DNA of 64,000 nucleotides from a virus. Location of the stretch: positions 114,985-178,984 of IMG/VR virus record IMGVR_UViG_3300044712_002690. One strand, given 5' to 3'. Made by a program: the position numbers and the translations under genes. Positions within the stretch are counted from its first letter, which is position 1; every line of letters starts with the position of its first letter. Below the pieces are notes generated by a model, which made no database searches, was not told where the DNA came from, and saw nothing but the letters and a program-made list of their open reading frames with translations. Shown one piece after another: positions 11,101 through 19,828 of the stretch.

Positions 11101-12634
11101 TAGTAGTTAATTTTCTCCATGTATAATTTGAACCACTAACATTTGAAATGTAGTAAACAGGTATTCTGGCACCTACTACAATAGCATCACCAGAAGCTAA
11201 TCCTGTAACAGTAGAAACAGTAAATGAAGTTCCAGTTCCTCCTGCACTAATTGTAGTTGTACCTCTAACAGTAGTTGTATTACCTTGCATTACTGTTATA
11301 GCTTGGCCTGTAACTAACGTTCTACTTGTTGTAAATACTATAGTAGTTGTGTTTGTTCCAGTTGTAGCTAATGCAGTAAAGCCCAAAAATTGATTTACAG
11401 TTAGATTCCAATCTGTTGATGGTGTTGTTACTGTAGAAGATATTGATGCATCTGTATGTGCAATATTATTTAATATATCTTCGTCATAAAAAGCGCCACC
11501 AGAAATTTGAACTTGTGCTCTTCCAAAATTATTATCTGTGTTAGTTGAAAAAGCAGTTAATCCATTGTATTGACTAAAGAGTAAACCTGACTTATAGACA
11601 GCTCCTTGAGCATGATTACGAGCATGGTTAAAAATATCTCTACCAGCTGTATGCCTTTCTTCTCCTACCCAGGTAAAAGTAAGTGCATTTGCATTAAAAT
11701 ATGCGTCCCATAGCAACACATCAGGATCATAAATATTCCAAGCTTGTTGTGAAAGTGCTAAAACAGGAGAATCTGCATTTGTAGTTGATTGTGAAATATA
11801 AAAGAACCAAGTACCTTCCGCAGATGTTTCTGTCTTTGTGTATGCAGCTATATTTCCTGAAGTAACAGTAAACTTTTTACCATTGATGTAATAACTAAAT
11901 GAAGTGTTTGCACCTACAAATGAAATAGTAGCAGTAACATATCCAATAAGTGCTGGTTGTGAATAAGTAAATGCAACTTTAAATTTGCCTCTTTCGCTCC
12001 AGGGAATACCTGTAGCAAGTTTTGTATCTGAACCATATGTAACAAAATTTCTATTTAGATTTCCTATAGTAACATCAGCAAATGTAAGTTCTCCAGTACT
12101 AGTAAGATCCTGAGGTAAACTTACAGTCACATTGCTTCCGACTAAAACACCTGTACCACCAGAAACAATTAATCCTGTTGAACCAAGTAGATTTCCTTTA
12201 GAAAAACTAGGTTCACGTGAAGTATCAGTAGGATGTATATGATCTGATCTAGGAACATTACTTGAGGCCCCAATAGAAGCGGAGCCATTCATTTTTATAT
12301 TAGATACAGATGTTTCAAAGTTTTGATTAAATGCAGTACTTTTTGCACCACCAGTTATTGTATGTGTACCATTAAACTCTGCATACTGTCCAGATGTTCC
12401 TGAACCTGTAATTTGATTAACTACAGCACCTGTTATCTCACTCCATTGTGTATTACCAGTTCCGATTTTTTGATATAAAGTAGGATTACCAATTCCAGGC
12501 ACATAAATAAGTAATGATCCTACAGGTGCTATAAAACCAGATCCAGAAGTTGGGTCTGTGTCTGTATAAAGTATTCCAACAGTTTCGTTGATACTAAATC
12601 CGTGTTTACTATCAAATGCATTTGAATAGGACAT
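8120..12634 (-). CDS. Long tail fibre-like protein with LamG domain
   Basis: 1504 aa; DHIHP/DHRHP motifs; LamG segment WTIHFWWRLD...WYHSAIVFDGTCYRFFIDG...GYIDN; C-terminus paralogous to 840..3059. Confidence 0.8.
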   Translation of the reverse strand: MSYSNAFDSKHGFSINETVGILYTDTDPTSGSGFIAPVGSLLIYVPGIGNPTLYQKIGTGNTQWSEITGAVVNQITGSGTSGQYAEFNGTHTITGGAKSTAFNQNFETSVSNIKMNGSASIGASSNVPRSDHIHPTDTSREPSFSKGNLLGSTGLIVSGGTGVLVGSNVTVSLPQDLTSTGELTFADVTIGNLNRNFVTYGSDTKLATGIPWSERGKFKVAFTYSQPALIGYVTATISFVGANTSFSYYINGKKFTVTSGNIAAYTKTETSAEGTWFFYISQSTTNADSPVLALSQQAWNIYDPDVLLWDAYFNANALTFTWVGEERHTAGRDIFNHARNHAQGAVYKSGLLFSQYNGLTAFSTNTDNNFGRAQVQISGGAFYDEDILNNIAHTDASISSTVTTPSTDWNLTVNQFLGFTALATTGTNTTTIVFTTSRTLVTGQAITVMQGNTTTVRGTTTISAGGTGTSFTVSTVTGLASGDAIVVGARIPVYYISNVSGSNYTWRKLTTTDFVGVSGGAAITAATIATATYQFNNAIAGGFSAMTANRYFPIYLCATNTTSEPVIAILGQGQSTSATLTTTLGEAAFQFANLVGLAGLSIQEVVPFYRLTFHYNTTAGFNQNRMRLVDATFLNVRVATVSGSVLGSPTTTISASMVNTDTTNFNGFFTTSQTTVQSALDRVDDYLQIEITDGNLQMDGAGWAGSLNTVTRGDHRHPSDTTKATDTAVFHKAISSELNALTLKVTPENNDILLIEDSNDSYNKKKILVSNFFSSTGDADAFHKSVSSEIVNLTNKNKLVETDVLLIEDSEDSYSKKLIYGFTLGITSQGVRFPQWAASTEYVAYSLVRYGEQLYIAYSTHTSGSDFEIDLPTYWSPIAIPCAPIKRQTVIYGKNTSNVPSILSTAAYTYGSGLTITLDNDFVEGLGGSTPFGITFAGGNSYNGPVDFVRYFPNYYGVGSLTEYATPFIYCDTTDELRPDYGDGTFNFNLYPPVYDQSYIGYKGQSICATFEGTNGATSYTDLMGNTAVFSAANCTISTAQFKSGSSSIRVAGTNGYVQLPVPYNLPSKWTIHFWWRLDSASGTQSLINASADVSLGITFATNRLTYYLSSDASTWNIANALAGYDTTYSNATWYHSAIVFDGTCYRFFIDGVLDQIASSALQIFTHQYFRLGYSGAGSVPATGYIDNFQFEPYARWTTTFTPPTDLTAPTVHWFDTIKYKMYEGNPTAGWTQKYRTFMGECQTGRVSTDGVITSTGTIIDVITPARVVHNNFYFQIASVGYYKAAAVATLTATTVPSGKWGLFGWEIGVDGTVHSKDAAGNAAGYASEALALAAVPAPTASHILFTYLTVMKSDGNFVGNTTALNAANVTCHITTATILATTVNSVTTYAYNGRYESAETACPAANTTVSFSHNLGTRKYFPTGYIINVSSEYGYFPGDKSPLTMTDGTSAVNVPVPTQLRRNTFLFKGGVNTSFSIQRLDANSYGNVTASKWNVQFTAERAF

Positions 12635-12643
12635 ATAAATACC

Positions 12644-13309
12644 TTAAAATGCTGTTGTCAATCTTGTTAATGAGTAGTCAATAATAGCAGAGCCTGTTAG
12701 TCTTAATCTAATTGTTCCACCGCTTATATCTACTGTAATATTTAAAGAAGAGATAGCTGTACCTAATGTATTTGCAGCAAATACTGTATAATCTAATAAT
12801 GAACCATCTGTAACTGCTATTACTTTTCTAGTAGAAATATTTGTAGGCGTGCTTGTTTGTCTGATTGTAACCATCCATTCAACACTATTAAGATCAGTAA
12901 CTGCAATAGTATCTGCTGTATATCCTGAACTTATATTTTTATTAGTTTCTTTCTTTTTATAAATTGCTACAGCATCTAATTTACCAATTGCAGCCCTTAA
13001 ATCATCACCATCACTAATTACAATCGAACTAGAGTAATCAGGAAGTTCACTACCAAGTGAAGTTTTTCCCATAAATGTATTTTGATAAGCATCATCTGTT
13101 GGAATACTTGACCCATCAGTAAATTTAGTCCAGGCAGTATCCCCAGTACCAGTTTTATGCCAAAGGTCACCATTTGATGTTTGTGCGTAGAGTGAACCTT
13201 TATTAGCTACAACACCCGTACTTGTAGTTGGATCAGTAGAGCCATATCTAACGATAACACTACCGTCGATACTTAATCCTAAGCCTACTCGAAATAATTC
13301 TAATGACAT
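12644..13309 (-). CDS. Virion structural protein (fibre-related N-terminus)
   Basis: N-terminal TDPT...GSL...LW.K.GTGDT.W matches the N-terminus of 8120..12634. Confidence 0.55.
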   Translation of the reverse strand: MSLELFRVGLGLSIDGSVIVRYGSTDPTTSTGVVANKGSLYAQTSNGDLWHKTGTGDTAWTKFTDGSSIPTDDAYQNTFMGKTSLGSELPDYSSSIVISDGDDLRAAIGKLDAVAIYKKKETNKNISSGYTADTIAVTDLNSVEWMVTIRQTSTPTNISTRKVIAVTDGSLLDYTVFAANTLGTAISSLNITVDISGGTIRLRLTGSAIIDYSLTRLTTAF

Positions 13310-13310
13310 A

Positions 13311-13775
13311 TTATACCAAGAACCTTCTGAATCTAATTAGTAATGTTGCTGCTTCATTATTTGTAACAGAAAGTTTTAACAATGTTTTTTCTAAAACGTG
13401 TGTTTCATCATTGTAAATATATTCTACAGATGCGGTTATATCATAATTTATTGTATCACCAACATACGCATAAGAAGAACCAGAAACTATTCCATTATTT
13501 TCCATAGCAATAAATTTCTGCATATTTTTTCTAGTATCAATAGTTCCTGTAATAAGCCATTCACAGAAATGTGTAACAGAAACATCAAGTGAACTGATAA
13601 CAACAGTTACACCTGCATTTATGCTAACAGAGACACCAGAGGATTCACTTCCTCCGGTACTTGTTCCAAAAACATAGTCTCTTATGCCTACAGCAACACC
13701 TGTAGCACAGTCATCCCATGTTTGTGCAGTGAACGCATATTGTAGTTGATCAATAAGTTCGTAGAAGTCGGACAT
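13311..13775 (-). CDS. Probable virion protein
   Basis: First gene of the structural run; beta-rich composition similar to the C-terminal part of 12644..13309. Confidence 0.4.
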   Translation of the reverse strand: MSDFYELIDQLQYAFTAQTWDDCATGVAVGIRDYVFGTSTGGSESSGVSVSINAGVTVVISSLDVSVTHFCEWLITGTIDTRKNMQKFIAMENNGIVSGSSYAYVGDTINYDITASVEYIYNDETHVLEKTLLKLSVTNNEAATLLIRFRRFLV

Positions 13776-13870
13776 AGTTATCCTTTAAACAGTACTTGTG
13801 TGTACTTTATTCAATAATAGAAATTGTCATAGAGATTTTAATGATTATGGATAAATAAAAGAGAAGATTT

Positions 13871-14083
13871 TTAATCAGTTCTCCATTTACGAATTTTTAT
13901 CCAGCCAATACTTGTTTCCCAGTCAAAATGATAATGTAGATATCCTTCTTTTGATTCTAAACTCTTCTTCCAAAAAAATTGAGGTTTATTTATCATGATA
14001 CAAATTTGACTGTGATCTTCCTCATAATAAATTTCTCTGTAGATTGGCCAAATCCATAGAAACTGATAAGTTTTGCGTTCCAT
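13871..14083 (-). CDS. Hypothetical protein
   Basis: 70-aa ORF in the co-directional gene run with an upstream GGGAG. Confidence 0.5.
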   Translation of the reverse strand: MERKTYQFLWIWPIYREIYYEEDHSQICIMINKPQFFWKKSLESKEGYLHYHFDWETSIGWIKIRKWRTD

Positions 14084-14093
14084 TAAACTCCCC

Positions 14094-14501
14094 TTATTTG
14101 TTAATGTATATAATTATATCATTGTAATCATTTATATAATGAATATCAACATTATAAGAGCCATGGTCTCTTTTTTTATAACAATACGTATCTATTTTAA
14201 CACATTCGGGATCAATGTTCACAAAGTATTTAATAAATTGAATAGATGTAGATACACCGTTTCCAATATAAACCTCAAATATAGTTGTAGCTTTAAAACA
14301 AGGATATGACCAAGAATGAGAAACGTCAAACATTCTTGTCTCTTTAGGAAATATAATTATATGATTATCTCTAGAGGAGGAACAGTTTGCAGGATCAGAA
14401 AAAGTGATAGGTATTTCATCTTCTGTTTGATTTATAAACGAAAGTGTATGATTAGAGCAGCTAGTAATAAATAAACATAAAAAAAGAACGAACCGTTTCA
14501 C
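14094..14501 (-). CDS. Putative lipoprotein
   Basis: MKRFVLFLCLFITSC: basic N-terminus, hydrophobic core, lipobox-like ITSC. Confidence 0.6.
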   Translation of the reverse strand: MKRFVLFLCLFITSCSNHTLSFINQTEDEIPITFSDPANCSSSRDNHIIIFPKETRMFDVSHSWSYPCFKATTIFEVYIGNGVSTSIQFIKYFVNIDPECVKIDTYCYKKRDHGSYNVDIHYINDYNDIIIYINK

Positions 14502-15161
14502 CTAAACCTCAATAATTTTCCACCAACAAGTAGAACCAGACATATTGAGCATTGTCCATTTTGTATTTAAATGTTGTCCTTTTTCTGTTGAATGGAAATG
14601 TCCAAAAAACCATTTACTTGGTTTATATCGATGTAATAAGTAGGATAGAGCTTTTTGAGTGGGATCATCAAATTTATCGTCATCATATCTTTTCTTATTT
14701 AATTTAAATTCATCTGGACAAGTATGACTGACAATGATATCAGCTCTATCTACGTTAGCTAAAATATAATCTAAATCAGTATTGTTTAAGGTTTCTTGTC
14801 TCCACCAAGTAATAAATTCTTGTCTTACAGCTTTGTCAATAGAGTCAGCCCCGCCTACAAATAATATTTTCTTTCCATTTACTTCAATAGAAGAACCAAT
14901 AGGACAATGATAAATATTTTGTTCAAGTAAAATAGGAGTCATACCTCTCCTACCTACTTGATCTATCATATCCCAATCCTCATGATTACCTGGAACAAGA
15001 TAAACAGGGCTGGCAGACTTAATTTTACCCATATAAGCTCTACCAGCCCAAAAGTACGCATTATCTCCTGCTTGGATAGTTATATCAGGTTTAGTTACAT
15101 TAATTAATGCATTAAGTTGACCAAACTCTTGATGTATATCTCCAGCAATAAGGATTTTCAT
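14502..15161 (-). CDS. Calcineurin-like metallophosphoesterase
   Basis: GDIH, GDN, GNHE, SHTCP and FGHFH motifs; start re-assigned to MKILIAGD at 15161. Confidence 0.9.
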   Translation of the reverse strand: MKILIAGDIHQEFGQLNALINVTKPDITIQAGDNAYFWAGRAYMGKIKSASPVYLVPGNHEDWDMIDQVGRRGMTPILLEQNIYHCPIGSSIEVNGKKILFVGGADSIDKAVRQEFITWWRQETLNNTDLDYILANVDRADIIVSHTCPDEFKLNKKRYDDDKFDDPTQKALSYLLHRYKPSKWFFGHFHSTEKGQHLNTKWTMLNMSGSTCWWKIIEV

Positions 15162-15241
15162 TTTAACAATACCATAAAAGCAGCAATTCCACAACATCCA
15201 CAAACAAATCCAATAAAGAAAGCTATAATTACATTTTTCAT
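15158..15241 (-). CDS. 27-aa membrane micropeptide
   Basis: MKNVIIAFFIGFVCGCCGIAAFMVLLK; ATGA overlaps with both neighbouring genes. Confidence 0.5.
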   Translation of the reverse strand: MKNVIIAFFIGFVCGCCGIAAFMVLLK

Positions 15242-16026
15242 AAACCAAACCTACCTTTAAGAATAGTTATGCATAGCTCATTTATTTCATTTAGGTTCGG
15301 TTCATCTGGTAAACTTGATTTATTCTTTTCTATTTCAGCTAATTTAATTAATTTATCTGCTTCTGCTTGTATTTGTTCTAAAGACCATTCTCCTTTTTTA
15401 ATACTAAGAAGTTCGTCAGCATCTATTCCTTTTCTATTTACATGAAACGTTTGATCTTTTAAAAACTCTATTCCCATGCGAAGAATACGTATTCCATGAG
15501 CACCATTTTTAGTATCGAAACCAAATTTATCTACAAGTGCTTTTCTCTTTTCACCCATATAGCCTTCGCACTTAAAATGGGTCATACGTTTTAATTGACC
15601 ATATGCGTATCCAATGAACGAAGGATAAACTCTTTTTGAAACAAATAAATCTCTGTTATCAACAAGTATTTGTCCTTCTTTCGTTTTCTTAAGGAACATG
15701 TCTTCATCAAGCCAAAGCATAGATAGAACATTTGGATTATTTTTTATTAAAAGATCTACAAACTTTAAAAATTCGTATGTAACAATATCCCATTCGTTTG
15801 TAGGGGAGGGATTAATTTCTTTAGTACCCTTAGAACCAAATTCATTTAATCCAAAATAATGATCAATACATGGAATAACAATAGCCATAGCATCTTTATC
15901 ATCTATTGAATTTGGATCTGTGTTAGGAATATACATTCCATGTGCAATAGATCCACGGTATCCAATAAGAATACTATCCTTCTCTAAATAAGGATGTTGG
16001 CTCAGAATAGTATTTGTTATACTCAT
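15238..16026 (-). CDS. DNA polymerase beta-superfamily nucleotidyltransferase (RlaP/PF10127-like)
   Basis: RGSIAHG...DDKD, EFLKFVDLLIKNNPNVLSMLW, GYAYGQLKR, K...H.IRILRMG.E.L. Confidence 0.85.
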   Translation of the reverse strand: MSITNTILSQHPYLEKDSILIGYRGSIAHGMYIPNTDPNSIDDKDAMAIVIPCIDHYFGLNEFGSKGTKEINPSPTNEWDIVTYEFLKFVDLLIKNNPNVLSMLWLDEDMFLKKTKEGQILVDNRDLFVSKRVYPSFIGYAYGQLKRMTHFKCEGYMGEKRKALVDKFGFDTKNGAHGIRILRMGIEFLKDQTFHVNRKGIDADELLSIKKGEWSLEQIQAEADKLIKLAEIEKNKSSLPDEPNLNEINELCITILKGRFGL

Positions 16027-17183
16027 TTTTTATCTTTTGTTTTTGTAGATTGAATATCTTTTACATCTTCATATTTTACTGCATTAGTAGTAGAATCATA
16101 TTTAAAGTAATTAGGTATACTTGTAGAAGTAACTGCAGTAGTCCATGATCTAACTGCATAAGCTAGTACTAACATATCTTTAGGATCGTACTGTGGTCTT
16201 ACACCGTAATATATAACTATAGGTTCTTCTTGTTTCCAAGGCTGTACAGCATATACTGTTATAGTATGATCATTAGGGCTAAAAGGAGAAGAACCTTTGT
16301 CTGGTTCAATATAAGGTATATACTTTGCAATGTATTTATTATTAGTATGATCTTTGCAACATTTAAATTGACAGAATCTATAATTTTGGAATTTGTTTTC
16401 CCAAATAAACCTGAGACCCTTTTCTAGAATATTTCCTTGACTAACTTCTTTAATATCTCCTTGCCAAGATCTCATTGATAGACAAGGAACAATAGACCCA
16501 TCACTTAATATACCAAGAGATCTAGTCCCAGCAGGACATGCATTAGCATTCATATTATCAGCAATAACAATTTTAATCCCCTGTTTAATAGCTTCATCTA
16601 TTTTTTGAGCAAGGAAATTAAATGCATCATTATTGTTATAGATTGCTCTAATATCTTTAGGGTCATTAAAAATTGTATATTGTATTTGCCATGACAAATT
16701 ATGTTTGTTTACAAATTGTTTAATCTTCTCAAAATCAAAAATATTGTTGATGTTAAAGTTAGTTATTGCTACAAGCTTCCCACTAAAAAATTTAAACTGC
16801 TCTATTTTCCATTCTTCCATAAGTTCAATATCTGATGGATGATTAATTGAGATACCTATATAATCATAATGATTAAGGATTCCAATTTCTGTTCCACTTT
16901 TAATTGATTTAGGATTAACAATAATTTTACAACACGTTCCCACTTTTTTTAATGTTGTAACAATATACTTATGCAGAGTAATAGAAAGCAGAAGGGGGTC
17001 GCCTCCGCTAATATCAATTTCCTTTGGAGGGAATTCAGCAATTTGATCTGCAATTTGTTTAATCTTATGTTCATCTATTGGTTCATTCCAACCCTCTTTA
17101 GAACCACAATAGCTACAATGATTCCTACAAGCACCTGTTACTTCCCAGATTACTTCTTGTAGTTGGATATATGGATATTGCAT
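16023..17183 (-). CDS. Radical SAM enzyme with SPASM/twitch domain and Tyr-repeat C-terminal tail
   Basis: CRNHCSYC (CxxxCxxC), SGGDP, CPAG...DGSIVPC...QGNI...IW. Confidence 0.9.
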   Translation of the reverse strand: MQYPYIQLQEVIWEVTGACRNHCSYCGSKEGWNEPIDEHKIKQIADQIAEFPPKEIDISGGDPLLLSITLHKYIVTTLKKVGTCCKIIVNPKSIKSGTEIGILNHYDYIGISINHPSDIELMEEWKIEQFKFFSGKLVAITNFNINNIFDFEKIKQFVNKHNLSWQIQYTIFNDPKDIRAIYNNNDAFNFLAQKIDEAIKQGIKIVIADNMNANACPAGTRSLGILSDGSIVPCLSMRSWQGDIKEVSQGNILEKGLRFIWENKFQNYRFCQFKCCKDHTNNKYIAKYIPYIEPDKGSSPFSPNDHTITVYAVQPWKQEEPIVIYYGVRPQYDPKDMLVLAYAVRSWTTAVTSTSIPNYFKYDSTTNAVKYEDVKDIQSTKTKDKK

Positions 17184-17185
17184 AC

Positions 17186-17347
17186 TTATTCCTCTTTATT
17201 TGTATCTTTAGTAACATCATCAATAGATTTATCTAATGACTTTTTTATAACTTCTTTAAAACAGGTATCAGAACAATACCACCAACCAGCAAAGGTAAAT
17301 TTTAAGTTTTCTTTTGATCCACAATTTCTACACACTTTTTTACTCAT
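17186..17347 (-). CDS. Small zinc-finger protein
   Basis: CRNC...YCSDTC; start re-assigned to MSKKV. Confidence 0.5.
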   Translation of the reverse strand: MSKKVCRNCGSKENLKFTFAGWWYCSDTCFKEVIKKSLDKSIDDVTKDTNKEE

Positions 17348-17705
17348 CTTTAATCTCCTCAATCCATTCAAGCTCACCATTAGTAAATCTAGCTTTGAAT
17401 TCTATTTCTGAATTATAAAAAATTATATCGCCATGGTAATTAGTATCTTTTAAACCAAGAACAACTCTTTTAATACTTCCTGCTATTCTACATACAGGTC
17501 TTTCATTCCATTCAGGTTTACCGTAGTAATATCTTTCCTCTTCAGGAATAGATATAAATTTAGCATTCTCTATTAATAGTCTTCCTTCTTGTGTAATAAT
17601 ATAATGATCTACTGCAGGATCAAAAGACTTAGTTTGAAATTCTTTATCAGAATAATCAATTTCATTGATAGGAATTCTAACTTGTATTGTATCAAATAGG
17701 CCCAT
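17340..17705 (-). CDS. Conserved phage hypothetical protein
   Basis: MGLFD...QTK...Y.I..EGRL...YHGDI.FY pattern resembling a common phage protein. Confidence 0.55.
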   Translation of the reverse strand: MGLFDTIQVRIPINEIDYSDKEFQTKSFDPAVDHYIITQEGRLLIENAKFISIPEEERYYYGKPEWNERPVCRIAGSIKRVVLGLKDTNYHGDIIFYNSEIEFKARFTNGELEWIEEIKDE

Positions 17706-17881
17706 TAACTTTCCTCAAATACTTTAATCATAGAATTTATCTTTTTAAGAATAGCAGCAGTGTGTTTAATTTTTTCTGGTGAAGCAGTTCTAAGAAGTAA
17801 TGATTTATACTTTCTTAATAGTTTTACATTATCCTTTGCTACTCTTTCCCAATCTAGATCTTTTTCTCTAAAACTTCCCAT
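17705..17881 (-). CDS. Hypothetical 58-aa protein
   Basis: Hand-translated MGSFREKDLDWERV...; fills the gap with TAATG overlaps on both sides. Confidence 0.55.
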   Translation of the reverse strand: MGSFREKDLDWERVAKDNVKLLRKYKSLLLRTASPEKIKHTAAILKKINSMIKVFEES

Positions 17882-18192
17882 TACATATCACTCCCACAAT
17901 AAGTACATTTATCAATCTGACTAGGAGCACCACAATGATCACATTGTTTCTTTTTCTTTATATGTGTTTCAGTAGTATTAGTATATTTAAGAGCTTTTGC
18001 TAGTTTTTCTTGATTAGTTTCTCTACCATAATTAATCCATTCCCAATCAGAAACATAAATCATTCCAGAACTCGTTAACATATAATTAGCGCGTTTATAC
18101 TCTCCAACTTCTACTTTTGGAAAAACCATTTCAGTAAGTTTAATAGGATCTATCTTTTTTTTCTTACTAAAGAAGGGAATGGATAAAGTCAT
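17881..18192 (-). CDS. Hypothetical protein with C-terminal zinc ribbon
   Basis: CDHCG...CTYCG. Confidence 0.55.
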   Translation of the reverse strand: MTLSIPFFSKKKKIDPIKLTEMVFPKVEVGEYKRANYMLTSSGMIYVSDWEWINYGRETNQEKLAKALKYTNTTETHIKKKKQCDHCGAPSQIDKCTYCGSDM

Positions 18193-18203
18193 TGTAGTTT
18201 TTC

Positions 18204-19434
18204 CTATTTAATTTTCTTTCTTGTAACTTTACCTGTACTATCAATAGAAACTCTAGTAATTTTAATTCCTTCTACTTCTTCGCCCTTAGCATGTTTAAGA
18301 GCTTGATTTAGTACTTCCATAACATCTTCATAGACATTAACTTTATCTTTGAGTTTCTTTTTAACTTCTTTCATCATCTTGCCTTCTTTCTTTTTCATAT
18401 ATTCCTCACTTTTGGTTCACCGTTTTCATCTAAAGGAATATGACCATCCTCTATAGCATATTGAATAATACTAGCAGTATATTTATTTTCAGTATTTACA
18501 TAAATGTGTGCACTTTTGATATATCCAAAAGGTTCATCATTTTCGTCTCTAATACATAACTGATTAGAAGTAGCCATTTCAGGTTGTTCATGATTACAGG
18601 ATTTTTTTCCACATTCAGGACAAATAGTAAAAATATGAACTAATTTTCCTTTTGTTGTTGTGCAGTACATATCTAATTTAGATATTGGTACTTGAATTGT
18701 ACCAAATATTTCATCAGGTATACTACTATCAAAAGGACCTAGATTAAGAGAAAGAATATTTTTATCAGTAATAGTACAAGATTTATCTGAAACTATTTCC
18801 ATTTCATTTTACCTTAATCCCAAAGATATCCTCGAAGACCTATAAGTTTTTGAGCCATTTCTGTATCTACTTGTTCAATAGCATCTTCAAGTTTAAATAA
18901 ACAATCTGTTTTATAATCAACTTCTTTGTATGATGTAATATCAAGTCTACCATCTTCATCAAACTTCCAAGTCATTTTTATATTCTTAAAAGCACTTATC
19001 ATATCATTTATACTGACATTAGATTGTCTAACATCATTAAAACAATAAGTAAGAAGAGCATCAAAAATTTCTTTATTATATTTTCTATTTTCTAATACGT
19101 AATGAGCAATAGAAGTAATTTCCATATACTTTTGTATTGACTCATCGCATCCTTTTTTCCATTCTTGAATTTCTTTTTTAGTTGTAAATCCATAATCTTT
19201 GCATTTCTTTTTTTCTTCCTGTTGCCATTTAATTTGATTAGATGTTCGTTCAGGATCTATGCTCCATAGTATTTCAAATTGAGCAAAAAGGATATTAATT
19301 GATGAATCTGATATATCAAAAGATATGTAATCCTTTTCAATCTTTTTCCATAGCCTATACCACCACAATGGTTTTCTAATATAATTGTAGATTATATCAT
19401 CACAATAAGCTAAGATCATTTTAAAAATATTCAT
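18204..19434 (-). other. Three hypothetical genes (18204..18398, 18395..18802, 18814..19434)
   Basis: Contiguous co-directional ORFs; no recognised motifs except CPEC in the second. Confidence 0.6.
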
Positions 19435-19743
19435 TTACTGCTCTCCAATCATCTTCTTAATATTCTCTACAGATTGAACACCGATCATTCTATTAACTTC
19501 AATTCCTTCTTTAAGTAGAATAAGAGTTGGTACAGATGCAATTTTAAACTTAGTAGCTAGATCTGGTTCTTGATCTACATCAACCTTACCAAAGTAAATA
19601 CCTTTAGTATCTTTTTCAAGTTGATCAAGAATAGAAGATAATTGACGACAAGGTCCACACCAAGGAGCCCAAAAATCTATAAGTACTGGTACATCATTAA
19701 CAAGAACTTCTTCCTCAAAAGAGGAGGTGGTAAATACTTTCAT
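19435..19743 (-). CDS. trxA: Thioredoxin
   Basis: VLIDFWAPWCGPCR, KVDVD, SVPTL; start re-assigned to MKVFTT at 19743 (GGAG RBS). Confidence 0.95.
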   Translation of the reverse strand: MKVFTTSSFEEEVLVNDVPVLIDFWAPWCGPCRQLSSILDQLEKDTKGIYFGKVDVDQEPDLATKFKIASVPTLILLKEGIEVNRMIGVQSVENIKKMIGEQ

Positions 19744-19828
19744 ATCTTTCTCCATTTAATAGTATAACTAAAAATAAAACAATACTCATAATAGCAATAG
19801 TTAAAAGAAGAAATTTTGTTTCACTCAT
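19715..19828 (-). CDS. 37-aa membrane micropeptide
   Basis: MSETKFLLLTIAIMSIVLFLVILLNG...; TAATG-coupled to the upstream gene. Confidence 0.45.
   Translation of the reverse strand: MSETKFLLLTIAIMSIVLFLVILLNGERYESIYHLLF

Noticed and set aside
840-12634. Diversity-generating retroelement (TR/VR) between the two LamG fibre genes
   Set aside because: In the shared block I compared, differences are largely at synonymous positions and not adenine-specific; no long near-identical repeat and no reverse transcriptase in the window
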